A stretch of DNA of 64,000 nt from the NCBI GenBank assembly GCA_965207885.1, contig OZ242311.1, forward strand, positions 5,248,001 through 5,312,000, read 5' to 3'. A program made the position numbers and the translations under genes. Positions 9,744 through 19,578 of this stretch are shown here, piece by piece. Numbering within the stretch: the first letter of the stretch is position 1; the number at the start of each line of letters is the position of its first letter. The DNA is from Candidatus Latescibacterota bacterium. Lineage in GTDB: Bacteria > Latescibacterota > UBA2968. The notes beneath the pieces were generated by a model. The model was not told the DNA's origin and did no database searches. It was given only the letters and a program-made list of their open reading frames with translations.

Positions 9744-10886
9744 GTGACCTATACAAAGCATTTTCGATTATTGGGACTATTAATCCTGCTGTGTTCTGTG
9801 GGACAGGCGGATGCCCTCTCGCAATTTGCATTATTGACGGCCAATCGATGTGTGAACTGTCACATCACCGCGCAGGGCGGGGCACAGCGAGACGAGTTGG
9901 GGCAGTATTCAATGGACGGCGTGGGATTGCTCGCGCCCAATTACGTCTTACCGGGCAAAACCGCTTATGCCGATGGCCTGGTACTCATGGGTGCGGATCT
10001 CCGAGGACAAATGGCGCGATCACATACATCGCCAGAAGCCGAGCGCAAAGTATTTCCGATGCAAGTCGCGCTATACAGTGTTGTCCGCCCCTCAAATGCC
10101 CTGAAAATCGAAGGCTCTTATAATTTTGGACCCGAAAAATACGCGGGACAGCGTGCGTGGACAGCATCGGCAATATATCAACCCAATTACAACTGGCCCG
10201 CATTGCGCATCGGGCATTTTCAGCCAACTATCGGCATGCGGTATGACGACCACACCATGCTCGTGCGACAAACGCCCGATGTTGTCGGAGCTACATCGCT
10301 AATTGCACCAAATTACGCAGAATATGGCGCAGAAGTACACTATTACAAAAAATTGTGGCTATCGCTAACCGCAGGCATTTATTCTGCCCGCGCACTCTCT
10401 GAAAACACCGTACAAGACGCCTCCTTGATCGAAGACCGCGACAAACCCTCATACCTGGGGCGCATCGTATTGTGGCCCAGATTGATCGAGCAAAGAATGA
10501 ATTTTTATCTGGGAGGATCGTGGCTCAAAAACGGCGACTTTTTGATGACAAATCTCTTTGCGGGCGTCGGATTGCAGGACAAGATCGCCCTCATGGCCGA
10601 ATATGTCCTATCCGATAAGGAAGGTGTGCGAGAAGCAAAAACCGCCTCGGTCGATATCACCCTTCAAGCAATACCTGGACTGCTTTTGTTCGCGCGGGGG
10701 GAAACCGGCGAAGTAACGCATATCCGCACATCAGCGCGCTCTGTTGATCTGATAACACGACAGGCCGTATTGGGCCTGCAAATATTTTTAACACCGCAAA
10801 TTGAATTGCGCCCCGAGTATCGCATCCTCGACACAGAAACCTTCCGCTCATCGCGCTACGCATTACAACTGCATGTGTTTTATTAG
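9744..10886 (+). CDS. outer-membrane beta-barrel with N-terminal c-type heme motif
   Basis: Signal peptide, CVNCH followed by GGAQRDELG, amphipathic strands, C-terminal LQLHVFY. Confidence 0.7.
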   Translation: MTYTKHFRLLGLLILLCSVGQADALSQFALLTANRCVNCHITAQGGAQRDELGQYSMDGVGLLAPNYVLPGKTAYADGLVLMGADLRGQMARSHTSPEAERKVFPMQVALYSVVRPSNALKIEGSYNFGPEKYAGQRAWTASAIYQPNYNWPALRIGHFQPTIGMRYDDHTMLVRQTPDVVGATSLIAPNYAEYGAEVHYYKKLWLSLTAGIYSARALSENTVQDASLIEDRDKPSYLGRIVLWPRLIEQRMNFYLGGSWLKNGDFLMTNLFAGVGLQDKIALMAEYVLSDKEGVREAKTASVDITLQAIPGLLLFARGETGEVTHIRTSARSVDLITRQAVLGLQIFLTPQIELRPEYRILDTETFRSSRYALQLHVFY

Positions 10887-10954
10887 AGCAGTCAGCGGTG
10901 GGAGATATGAAAAGTGAGGGGTGAGAGACAAAGACAGGAAACTGGAATTACTGA

Positions 10955-11368
10955 TCACGGATTTCTATATCCTATACCCCATATTCGGAACAAATCGCGA
11001 AATCCATTATCAGAACTTTTCGAGAAATCTATCATTTGAAAGATGGACAATGTCCAGGACAGTTTTTCATAATCACAATCTCGATATAATACAGGAATAA
11101 TTTTTTCTGCAAAATGAGATTGGTCAAGGGCGAAAAGCAGTTCTCTTTTTACCCAACGAGATTCCACAGAGTTAGGTGAGAGTATAATCACAAACCAATC
11201 ACATCTGTTCAGTGCCATACCAATTTCGTCATGCCATTGCTGGGCACCTAAAATATCAGTGCGACTATACCAGGCAGGAACACCGTGATCACGTATTACA
11301 TTCGCTAAATGTGATACAAACTCTCGATCATTGTCCGAATGGGAAAGGAAGACTTCTTCAGGTAGCAT
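10955..11368 (-). CDS. stand-alone TIR-domain protein
   Basis: VFLSHS..D, ILSPNSVESRWVKREL (catalytic-position Glu), IIPVL. Confidence 0.9.
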   Translation of the reverse strand: MLPEEVFLSHSDNDREFVSHLANVIRDHGVPAWYSRTDILGAQQWHDEIGMALNRCDWFVIILSPNSVESRWVKRELLFALDQSHFAEKIIPVLYRDCDYEKLSWTLSIFQMIDFSKSSDNGFRDLFRIWGIGYRNP

Positions 11369-11394
11369 GGAAGGGTAGTACTTTGGGAGAGAAA

Positions 11395-11805
11395 TTAGGA
11401 AGATGCCTGAAGGGTATCGGCAATTCTGCGAATCCCGTCTTCTTCTGTTTCATGTTCAGTTAAGTCAATGATATTTAAACGCTTTAGAATCCAGGGTATA
11501 TCGTCTTCTGCAATCGTTTTATCCGGATCAATAAGGACAGGGATAAGACGTTTGCGATATTCTTTGGAACCCAGAGCGTATTCTACTTCGCGTTGTACCA
11601 AGACAGATTTTAAGGATTCAGGTGTCAGCAATACAACCATCGCATTAGATTCTTGTAATCCTTGAGAGACTTTAGCTGCCCAATTGTCTCCGGGAAAAAT
11701 CTCATTACTTGCTTCCCAAACATCCAGACCCTGATTTTCAAGAAAAGATGCAACTTTCCTGGCAAACATTTCATCATTATGCGAATGGCTAATAAATATC
11801 TGCAT
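11395..11805 (-). CDS. stand-alone TIR-domain protein
   Basis: MQIFISHSHND, FPGDNW, LLTPESLKS.LVQREVEYAL, LIPVL. Confidence 0.9.
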   Translation of the reverse strand: MQIFISHSHNDEMFARKVASFLENQGLDVWEASNEIFPGDNWAAKVSQGLQESNAMVVLLTPESLKSVLVQREVEYALGSKEYRKRLIPVLIDPDKTIAEDDIPWILKRLNIIDLTEHETEEDGIRRIADTLQASS

Positions 11806-11904
11806 GACAGGTCTCCATTTGAGATATTTTCTAAAATCTCTATGATTCAATTTATCATATAAAGTATAAATAGGCAAGGGCAGTCTCAAAATACGGAGTA
11901 CGCC

Positions 11905-12147
11905 ATGTGGAAAACCGTCAGCGTAATCACATTTATACTCGCGATAGGTATAGGCGCAAAGTGGATAATGGATGGAACACAGATCTTTACGAAGAACAAG
12001 CAGCAAGTGGTGGTAGTAGATGAAATGTTTGGCACTGAGAGCATCGAGTGGAAAGAAGGATTCTGGTTGGGGCTGGACATAGCGGGACCAACAGCGGGCG
12101 TGTTAATCGCAGTGGGTATTTTGGGCTTGTACAAAAGCAGAACATGA
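11905..12147 (+). CDS. small two-TM membrane protein
   Basis: RBS GGAG; two hydrophobic helices flanking DEMFGTESIEWKEGFWLGLD. Confidence 0.7.
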   Translation: MWKTVSVITFILAIGIGAKWIMDGTQIFTKNKQQVVVVDEMFGTESIEWKEGFWLGLDIAGPTAGVLIAVGILGLYKSRT

Positions 12148-12239
12148 AACTATAATAACTGAACCGCTTAAAGGATCATCTGCCGCTTGTCCCTGTAGCC
12201 GGGCTGAGGCCTCAGTGCAATATCAAAAGGAGATTTTCC

Positions 12240-13544
12240 ATGAACCGTCCCCGATCAGTTACCCAATGCGCCAGTGTTGATCAGTCTGACCGGTGCGTGC
12301 CCATTAATCTCCGCCAGTCCGGCGCGACCCCGGTAGAAATGCTCATTTCCACCCGCGTCCGCAAATCGCCGTATTGGCATCTATCAATGGAGGCTGGGTG
12401 CTGGCGTGCCACCGTGTACAACCGCATATACCACCCGCGCGGCTATGTGCGCCCGCAAGATGGCGGGGCTATGGCCGAATACGACGCGCTGGTCAATCAC
12501 GTCTCGCTGTGGAACGTGGCTGTCGAGCGCCAGATCCAGGTGAAGGGACCAGACGCCGACGCCTTTGTCAACTACGTCATCACTCGCGACGCCACCCTCA
12601 TCAAACCAATGCACGGAAAGTACGTCATCCTCTGCAATGAAGACGGCGGCATACTCAACGACCCGGTGCTGTTGCGCCTCGCCGAGGACGAGTACTGGTT
12701 TTCGCTGGCAGACAGCGACCTGGAGCTGTGGTTGCGCGGTGTCAAAGTAGGACTGGGCTACGATGTGTCCATCGGCGAAATCGATGTGGCACCAGTGCAG
12801 ATTCAAGGGCCGAAGTCCGAGGCATTGATGGTCGATCTGTTTGGCGAGCGCGTGCGCGATATTCCGTTTTATGGCTTGATGGAAGGGGAAGTGGCCGGAC
12901 ATCCAGTCGTGGTTTCGCAAACCGGCTTTAGCGGCGAGAAAGGCTACGAAATTTACCTCAGAGACGCCACTCTGTACGCCGAAGACCTGTGGCACACACT
13001 GCTCGAAATCGGCGAGCGGCACCAACTGATGGTAATTGCCCCGGCCCATCACCGACGCATCGCTGCAGGCATCCTCTCCTGGGGTCAGGACATGGACCAG
13101 GAAACCCTGCCGTTCCAGTGCAATCTCGGCTACCAGGTGCCGCGCAAAAAGCAGACCGCCTACATCGGCAAGCAAAAGCTCAACGAGGTGCGGGCGGCCA
13201 TCGAGGCCGGGAAACCTCCATTTCGCAATGTACTGGTCGGGATCACCTTCGGAGGAATGCCGGTGACGGACTATGCCCACGACTTCTGGCTAATCAGTGC
13301 CGCCGACGATCCGCTCGGCTACGTCACCTCGCCGTGGTTTTCGCCCGAGTTGGAAACCAACATCGCGCTGGCTTATGTGCCCTGGGAAATGCGGGCCATC
13401 GGAACAGCCCTGCGCGTCCACCTCCCCCCCGAATACGGCGACTGCGCGGTACCCGCCGAGATCGTCGAGGTGCCCTTTCGCCCATCGGTAAACCCCAACG
13501 TCCGCGAAGTGGCGCAGCGCAAAGGCCGCGATCACGTCAACTAA
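12240..13544 (+). CDS. GcvT-family aminomethyltransferase/demethylase (DmdA-like)
   Basis: RVRKSPY, WNVAVERQIQVKGPDA, GGILNDPVLL, QTGFSGEKGYEI, RRIAAGILSWGQD. Confidence 0.85.
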   Translation: MNRPRSVTQCASVDQSDRCVPINLRQSGATPVEMLISTRVRKSPYWHLSMEAGCWRATVYNRIYHPRGYVRPQDGGAMAEYDALVNHVSLWNVAVERQIQVKGPDADAFVNYVITRDATLIKPMHGKYVILCNEDGGILNDPVLLRLAEDEYWFSLADSDLELWLRGVKVGLGYDVSIGEIDVAPVQIQGPKSEALMVDLFGERVRDIPFYGLMEGEVAGHPVVVSQTGFSGEKGYEIYLRDATLYAEDLWHTLLEIGERHQLMVIAPAHHRRIAAGILSWGQDMDQETLPFQCNLGYQVPRKKQTAYIGKQKLNEVRAAIEAGKPPFRNVLVGITFGGMPVTDYAHDFWLISAADDPLGYVTSPWFSPELETNIALAYVPWEMRAIGTALRVHLPPEYGDCAVPAEIVEVPFRPSVNPNVREVAQRKGRDHVN

Positions 13545-13568
13545 CAGGGTGCGCCAGCCGCCGGATAC

Positions 13569-13607
13569 AATAATACGCCCCCCGAAAGGAGGGCGTATTA
13601 TTTTTTT
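13569..13607. terminator. hairpin terminator between convergent genes
   Basis: AATAATACGCCC...GAAA...GGGCGTATTATT followed by a T-run. Confidence 0.8.
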
Positions 13608-13621
13608 AGCATGCCAGGTTC

Positions 13622-16072
13622 TCAGCACTTGAGGCGGGTCATCTGCGGGTCCCATAAGGGTTCGGAGGCGACCGTAGCTGGGAGAGACTCGCCAAAGTAT
13701 TCGATCTCCACATGGGTTCCCACGCGGGCGTGTTGCACCGGCAGATAGCCGTAGGCGATCCCGCGGTCAATGGAGTAGCCATAGTTGGCACTGGTGACAT
13801 AACCGCCTATGCGACCGTTAATCCAAATCGGCTCATTCCCCATGACCACCGAGTTTGGTGCGTCAAGAGTCAGGCAGCAGAGTTTTCGCGTCGAGCCTTG
13901 CACACGAGCCCTGACGAGAGCCGCCCGACCAATGAAGTCCCCCTTCTCCATCCGCACCGCAAAAGCAAGTCCGGCCTCCAGCGGATTGTACTCGGTGTGG
14001 AGTTCGTTGCCCCAAAGTCGATAGCCCTTTTCAAGCCTCAGAGAGTCAAAAGCCCCTAATCCAGCGGCAATCGCGCCGTGGGGCTGGCCAGCTCGCCAAA
14101 GTTCATCCCACAGGGCTTGCCCAAACTCGAACGGCGCGTAAAGTTCCCAGCCGAGTTCGCCGACATAGGAAATCCGCAAAGCAAGAACCGGAATCGCGCC
14201 GATGTCGAGATGCTGCGCGGTCAGGTAGGGAAATGCGCGGTCAGACACGTCGGCATCGGTAGTACGACGCAGTAGTTTCCGCGCCCTGGGACCCCAAACG
14301 CCTATACAACACCAGCGGCTGCTTTCGTCGGACAGAACAACTGAGCCATCTGTGGGCATGTACCGGCGAATCCACGCCTTGTCGCGCTCGGCGGTACTAC
14401 CCCCTGTGATGATGATGAATTGATCGTCGGCAAGGCGTGTTACAGTCAAATCGCACTGGATGCCCCCCTGTGGCGTAAGCATTGAGGTATAGGTAATACG
14501 GCCCTGAGGTTGGTCCACGCGATTGGCGGCCAAATAGTCCAAAAACGCCAGGGCCCCCGGCCCAGATACGCGAAATTTGGCAAATGGAGTCAAGTCAAAA
14601 AGCCCCACGCGCTCGCGGACAGCGCGGTGCTCTGTGCCGATGATCGGCGACCAAAAACGCGCCGCCCAGCCGCTGCGGGTGTGGCTGTGGTCGGTGGAGA
14701 CCGCGTTGGTCTCAAACCACCTGGGCCGTTCCCACCCCGCGCTTTCGACGAAGGCGGCTCCCAGTTCCCGATAGCGTTGGTGGTATGGGAGAAGGCGCAG
14801 GCCGCGCGGGGCGTCTATCGGCTGAGCCGGGTGAATGATGTCATAGACCTCGCGGTATTGCTGCGTACTGCGCTGGACGACGTAGGACGCGGTGCGCTGG
14901 TAGGGAAGAAAGCGGACGAGGTCGGCGTGGCGCAAATCCATGGTTGGCTGACCATTTGCCATCCATTCGGCAACCGCCTTGCCGACACCGCCAGCGTGCG
15001 TGATCCACACCGCCTCAGCCGACCAAAACCCCTTGACGTTAGGGGCTTCGCCGAGCACGGGCATTCCGTCTGGCGTAAACAGCAACAGGCCGTTGACCTT
15101 GCGGGTCAGCGCGGCTCGCCCAAGTGCCGGCAGCAATTCACCAGCCGAGATCATCCCCTCGCGGAAGGCCGCAGGCGACCAGGTACGCATGGAAGGCATC
15201 TCGGGTGCTTGCTCATGCGACTCGATATTCTCCGGCTCGACGCGCACAGGCTCGTGATCGTAAGAACCGATGATGTAGGCCTGGCCCTCCTGCCGACAGT
15301 AGATTGCCCGGTCCTGATGGCGGAGGATGGGATGCCGATGCTGCATGGTTTCCCCAGCGAGTTCGGGCAGAGGAGCTGTTTCGGCGTACAGGTGACAAAA
15401 AGGCACCAGCGGCAGGGAGACGCCGGCCATCTGACCGATCAGGCGCCCCCATATCCCAGCGGCGCAGACAATGGCCTCAGTGCGGATATGCCCGCAATCA
15501 GTGCGGACTCCAGACACGCGACCTCCAACCACGTCAATGCCAGTTACTGTGGTATTTCCATAAAACCTCGCGGCCCCACCAGCCTGGGCGTGATCGGCCA
15601 TAGCCTCGGCCAGTTGCCATGCCCGTGCAATGCCATCGCTGGGCGTGTACAGAGCACCGTAGATCGAGTCGGTCAACAGCGGGATTTTTTCGCGAACCTC
15701 GTCCGGCCCGAGCAAGCCGGTATCAATGCCCCAGGCCCGGCCAGCCCCGACCTTGCGCTTGAGGTCGTCGAACCGCTCGGGCGTCGTCGCGACTTCCAAT
15801 CCCCCGACCTCAAACCAAAATGGCTCGTCGCTGGATGAACTGAGGCGTCGATAGAGCTGGGTCGTCTCGCGTGCAAAAACAGACATCATGCGCGAGACAT
15901 TGACCTGGAAAACGAGGCCGGGGGCGTGGGAGGTCGAACCGCCGGTTTTGAACAGGGGACCCTTTTCCAGGACCACAATGTCCTTCCATCCCAGTTGCCC
16001 CAGATGATAGGCCACGCTGGTACCGGCGATACCGGCACCGATAATAACGACCCGTGCGTGATTTTGTATCAT
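13622..16072 (-). CDS. dimethylglycine/sarcosine dehydrogenase-like FAD oxidoreductase with GcvT domains
   Basis: GAGIAG Rossmann motif, GGSTSHAPG, FTPDGMP, SYVGELGWEL, SLRLEKGY. Confidence 0.92.
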   Translation of the reverse strand: MIQNHARVVIIGAGIAGTSVAYHLGQLGWKDIVVLEKGPLFKTGGSTSHAPGLVFQVNVSRMMSVFARETTQLYRRLSSSSDEPFWFEVGGLEVATTPERFDDLKRKVGAGRAWGIDTGLLGPDEVREKIPLLTDSIYGALYTPSDGIARAWQLAEAMADHAQAGGAARFYGNTTVTGIDVVGGRVSGVRTDCGHIRTEAIVCAAGIWGRLIGQMAGVSLPLVPFCHLYAETAPLPELAGETMQHRHPILRHQDRAIYCRQEGQAYIIGSYDHEPVRVEPENIESHEQAPEMPSMRTWSPAAFREGMISAGELLPALGRAALTRKVNGLLLFTPDGMPVLGEAPNVKGFWSAEAVWITHAGGVGKAVAEWMANGQPTMDLRHADLVRFLPYQRTASYVVQRSTQQYREVYDIIHPAQPIDAPRGLRLLPYHQRYRELGAAFVESAGWERPRWFETNAVSTDHSHTRSGWAARFWSPIIGTEHRAVRERVGLFDLTPFAKFRVSGPGALAFLDYLAANRVDQPQGRITYTSMLTPQGGIQCDLTVTRLADDQFIIITGGSTAERDKAWIRRYMPTDGSVVLSDESSRWCCIGVWGPRARKLLRRTTDADVSDRAFPYLTAQHLDIGAIPVLALRISYVGELGWELYAPFEFGQALWDELWRAGQPHGAIAAGLGAFDSLRLEKGYRLWGNELHTEYNPLEAGLAFAVRMEKGDFIGRAALVRARVQGSTRKLCCLTLDAPNSVVMGNEPIWINGRIGGYVTSANYGYSIDRGIAYGYLPVQHARVGTHVEIEYFGESLPATVASEPLWDPQMTRLKC

Positions 16073-16107
16073 AGCCCTTTCTTTCGTTGTACACCGAGCC
16101 GCTGATT

Positions 16108-19100
16108 TTATGACGCACTTGTTTTCTCGACGAGAAACCGCACGGCCTGGCCCTCTATATCAACCGCATCGCCATCCACCGCATCTGCGCGAACCAATGT
16201 CGTACAGAGCGTCTCACCCATGATATAATCCCGAAACTGATCGAAAGCAAGAGCCAGAGAATTGCCATTATCCATATATGTCACTGCAATCCGATCTGAC
16301 ACATCCAGCCCCTTCTCCTTGCGGATATTTTGAATCACATGGACGATTTCGCGCGCCAGACCTTCGCGTACTAAATTTTCATCTCTGTGCAAATCCAGCG
16401 CCACCGTAATATCGCCTTCATTTGCCACAGCCATATCTTCTTTCTCTTCGCGCTGGATCAAAATATCATCCACCGTGAGATCTAAAGACTCCGCACCATC
16501 CAAATCCAATGACAGCGCGTGACCTTCGCGCAAAGATTGGATTTCCTCAAAGCCGAGACCCGCAATCTTCCCCGCGGCCACCTTCATATCTTTTCCCAAA
16601 CGCGGCCCCAGCACTCTGAAATTAGCTTTTGCAGAAAGCGTCACCACTGCCTCTTCATCGTCGCGAATATCCACGCGCTTCACATTTAACTCATCCGCGA
16701 CAATATCCTGTAACGCCCTGAGATCTTCGCGCACATCCTCCTGCATAGACACGAGAATCACCGCACGCAAAGGATGTCGGGTCCTGACATTGGCCTGACT
16801 GCGCAAGAACCTGCCCAACCCGACCGCTGTCCGCGTGTGCGCCATCTGCTGTTCCAGTCTCTCATCCAGATCGGCTTCGATCACATCGGGATAATCGCAC
16901 AAATGCACGGACTCCGGCATATCGCTCGCGCGCAAATTCCGGTAGATAGTCTCCGTGATAAACGGCGCGAAAGGCGCCAGTGCTTTAACCAGCGTCAAAA
17001 GCACGTGGTAGAGCGTCGCATAAGCAGACAATTTATCGCTATCATTATCGCTCTTCCAGAAACGCCGTCGGCTGCGCCGGATATACCAATTGGTCATATC
17101 GTCGATAAATGTTGCAAATCGCGTGGCCGCCGTCTGCAAATGACAGCGATCCAGCCCCTGTCGAATATCGCGCACCAGATGATTTAAACGCGCGCGAATC
17201 CAGCGGTCGAGCGGATGATCTGACCGATCCGACGTGGGCTGCCAGTTATCAACACGCGCATAAGTAACGAGAAAACTATACGCATTCCACAAAGGCAGCA
17301 GCACACTGCGCATCGTCTTTTGAACCCCCTGTTCTGAAAACGCGAGATCTTCGCCGCGCACCACAGGAGAAGACAACATATTGAGACGCAGCGCATCTGC
17401 ACCATACGTATTCATAATATGCATCGGATCGGGATAATTCTTCAAACGCTTGGACATTTTGCGCCCATCTTCCGCCAGGATCATACCATTGACCACCACA
17501 TTCTCGAACGGCGGACGGTCAAAAAGGGCAGCGCCGAGCACCACAAGCGTATAAAACCAGCCCCGCGTCTGATCCAATCCCTCAGCGATAAAATCCGCCG
17601 GGAAATGCGCGTCCAGCCACTCCTTGTTTTCAAACGGATAATGGCGTTGTGCATAGGGCATAGAACCGCTCTCAAACCAGCAATCGAGCACTTCGGGCAC
17701 GCGGGTCAATGGCCCCGTTTCACCCTCAATAATAACCGGATCCATAAAATGCTTGTGGATATCGTCAAACTTGCCACCCGTGCGTTCCTCCAGCTCGCCG
17801 ATAGAGCCAACACACACAGTCTCACCCGTCTCTTCATTTCGCCACAGGGGAAGCGGACAACCCCAATAGCGATTGCGGGAAATCGCCCAATCCCGCGCAT
17901 TTTCCAGCCAATTGCCAAAACGCCCCGCTTTGATGTGTTCGGGCACCCAGTGGATTTGCGCGTTTGCACGGAGCATATTGTCTTTAATCTTCTCAATATT
18001 GACAAACCAGGTCGAAATCGCCCTGTAAATAAGGGGCGACTCACACCGCCAGCAGTGGGGATAACTGTGATGATGTGTAGAGCGGTGAACGAGTTTGCCC
18101 TCTTCCTTTAAGCGATTCACAATATCGCTATCACAGTCCTTGACAAAACGCCCTTCGTAGTCATGTACCTCAGACGTAAAACGACATTCGGCATCAATCG
18201 GACAAACAGACGGAACGCCGTGAACACGACCGGCTTCGGCATCGTCTTCACCAAATCCAGGTGCCGTGTGGACAACACCTGTCCCTTCTTCAGTAGTCAC
18301 AAACTCGGCTGTAATAATGCGGAACGCCCCCTCCGCGCGCAGATCTTCAAAATAGGGAAAAAGCGGTTCGTATTGCAGACCGAGAAGTTCCTTCCCCTTT
18401 ACGGTCCTGACAATCTCGGGTCTTCCCGAGGGATAATAGGTACCCACACGCGCCTCAGCGAGAACGTACGTCACATCCTCATCTTTGACATACACATAAT
18501 CTATATCTTCATGCACAGTCATTGCCAGATTTGACGGCAGTGTCCAGGGCGTTGTCGTCCACGCCAGCAGATATGTATCCGATTCTTCTTTGAGTTTAAA
18601 CGCAACGGTAATAGCCGGGTCCTGCACCATCTCATAACCCTGATTGGCTTCAAAATTGGACAAAGGTGTTGCATCCCGGGGACAGTAAGGCAAAATTTTG
18701 TGTCCCTCGTAGATCAAGCCCTTGTCCCAAAGCTGTTTGAACACCCACCAGATAGACTCCATATAGTCGCGGTCCATCGTGCGATATCCATTTTCAAAAT
18801 CGACCCAGCGCCCGATTCGCTTGACGAATTGTCGCCACTCGGCAGTATAGCGCAAAACAATACCCCGACAGGCCTCATTGTATTCCGCAATCCCGTACTC
18901 TTCAATCTCACTTTTGCTATTCAAGCCCAGTTCCTGACTGAGCTCGTATTCTACGGGCAAACCGTGGCAGTCCCATCCAAAAACGCGATCTACGTATTTG
19001 CCATTCATCGTTTGATAGCGCGGGATCACATCTTTAATCGTCCCGGCCAGCAAGTGTCCGTAATGCGGCAAACCCGTCGCAAAAGGCGGCCCATCGTAAA

Positions 19101-19227
19101 AAACGTATTCGTCGTTATTCTTTCGGATCTCGAGCGATTTTTCAAATGCCCTGATCTCATCCCAAAAAGCGAGCACCTTTTCTTCCTCTTTGGGAAAATT
19201 CACATTTGTATCTACTTTCTCAAACAT
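16108..19227 (-). CDS. ileS: isoleucine--tRNA ligase, type 2
   Basis: DGPPFATGLPHYGH, GWDCHGLP, WTTTPWT, DWAISRNRYWG, EGLDQTRGWFY, KMSKR; lacks the type-1 C-terminal zinc finger. Confidence 0.97.
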   Translation of the reverse strand: MFEKVDTNVNFPKEEEKVLAFWDEIRAFEKSLEIRKNNDEYVFYDGPPFATGLPHYGHLLAGTIKDVIPRYQTMNGKYVDRVFGWDCHGLPVEYELSQELGLNSKSEIEEYGIAEYNEACRGIVLRYTAEWRQFVKRIGRWVDFENGYRTMDRDYMESIWWVFKQLWDKGLIYEGHKILPYCPRDATPLSNFEANQGYEMVQDPAITVAFKLKEESDTYLLAWTTTPWTLPSNLAMTVHEDIDYVYVKDEDVTYVLAEARVGTYYPSGRPEIVRTVKGKELLGLQYEPLFPYFEDLRAEGAFRIITAEFVTTEEGTGVVHTAPGFGEDDAEAGRVHGVPSVCPIDAECRFTSEVHDYEGRFVKDCDSDIVNRLKEEGKLVHRSTHHHSYPHCWRCESPLIYRAISTWFVNIEKIKDNMLRANAQIHWVPEHIKAGRFGNWLENARDWAISRNRYWGCPLPLWRNEETGETVCVGSIGELEERTGGKFDDIHKHFMDPVIIEGETGPLTRVPEVLDCWFESGSMPYAQRHYPFENKEWLDAHFPADFIAEGLDQTRGWFYTLVVLGAALFDRPPFENVVVNGMILAEDGRKMSKRLKNYPDPMHIMNTYGADALRLNMLSSPVVRGEDLAFSEQGVQKTMRSVLLPLWNAYSFLVTYARVDNWQPTSDRSDHPLDRWIRARLNHLVRDIRQGLDRCHLQTAATRFATFIDDMTNWYIRRSRRRFWKSDNDSDKLSAYATLYHVLLTLVKALAPFAPFITETIYRNLRASDMPESVHLCDYPDVIEADLDERLEQQMAHTRTAVGLGRFLRSQANVRTRHPLRAVILVSMQEDVREDLRALQDIVADELNVKRVDIRDDEEAVVTLSAKANFRVLGPRLGKDMKVAAGKIAGLGFEEIQSLREGHALSLDLDGAESLDLTVDDILIQREEKEDMAVANEGDITVALDLHRDENLVREGLAREIVHVIQNIRKEKGLDVSDRIAVTYMDNGNSLALAFDQFRDYIMGETLCTTLVRADAVDGDAVDIEGQAVRFLVEKTSAS

Positions 19228-19240
19228 TAAAAACTCCTAT

Positions 19241-19306
19241 CAGGATCAGAATGGGCAGAGCCTGCACTGGAATGCCTCTATCCAGTGATGGAAGGATGAA
19301 CAGGAT
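19241..19306. repeat. ~60-bp dispersed repeat (second copy 51366-51426)
   Basis: GCAGAGCCTGCACTGGAA.GCCTCTATCCAGTGATG.AAGG.TGAACAGGAT in both copies; internal CACTGGA/TCCAGTG hairpin. Confidence 0.85.
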
Positions 19307-19354
19307 ACCCCCAACCCCACCCATCTGGTTAAATGCCGCCCCAAATTGCTGCAC

Positions 19355-19387
19355 AAAAAAACCGCCACGGCAAACGCCCCTGGCGGT
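19355..19387 (-). terminator. intrinsic terminator in the ileS leader (attenuator)
   Basis: Minus strand ACCGCCA-GGGGCGTTTGCCG-TGGCGGT followed by TTTTTT. Confidence 0.75.
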
Positions 19388-19410
19388 GTGTCATACAAAA
19401 AGTATATAGC

Positions 19411-19548
19411 TTAAGACAAACAACACCCCACAAGCGTCTCCGCGGCATATATACGTATAACCCCAATGGCACTGCCCGGTGTCAGATAACCTGTCACCTG
19501 GGCAGGACCCTTTCTCAGTTGTGGGGATGTTTGACGGGTTGTATTCAT
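19411..19548 (-). CDS. putative ileS leader peptide (45 aa)
   Basis: MNTTRQTSPQLRKGPAQVTGYLTPGSAIGVIRIYAAETLVGCCLS with RBS AAGGA; Ile codons ATT, ATA, ATA clustered just before an antiterminator-complementary segment. Confidence 0.6.
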   Translation of the reverse strand: MNTTRQTSPQLRKGPAQVTGYLTPGSAIGVIRIYAAETLVGCCLS

Positions 19549-19578
19549 ATTTTCATCCTTTTCCTATCAGTGCGGTTA

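Noticed and set aside
13622-13624. TGA after a terminal Cys (LKC*) as possible Sec
   Set aside because: The protein is already full length for its family, the frame closes soon after, and a terminator follows.
14510-15838. Long antisense ORFs (442 aa here; others opposite ileS, the cytochromes and the sulfatase)
   Set aside because: Shadow frames of GC-rich genes with no recognisable motifs.
19330-19560. T-box riboswitch upstream of ileS
   Set aside because: No GGUGGNACC T-box motif or Stem I signature found; leader-peptide attenuation fits better.
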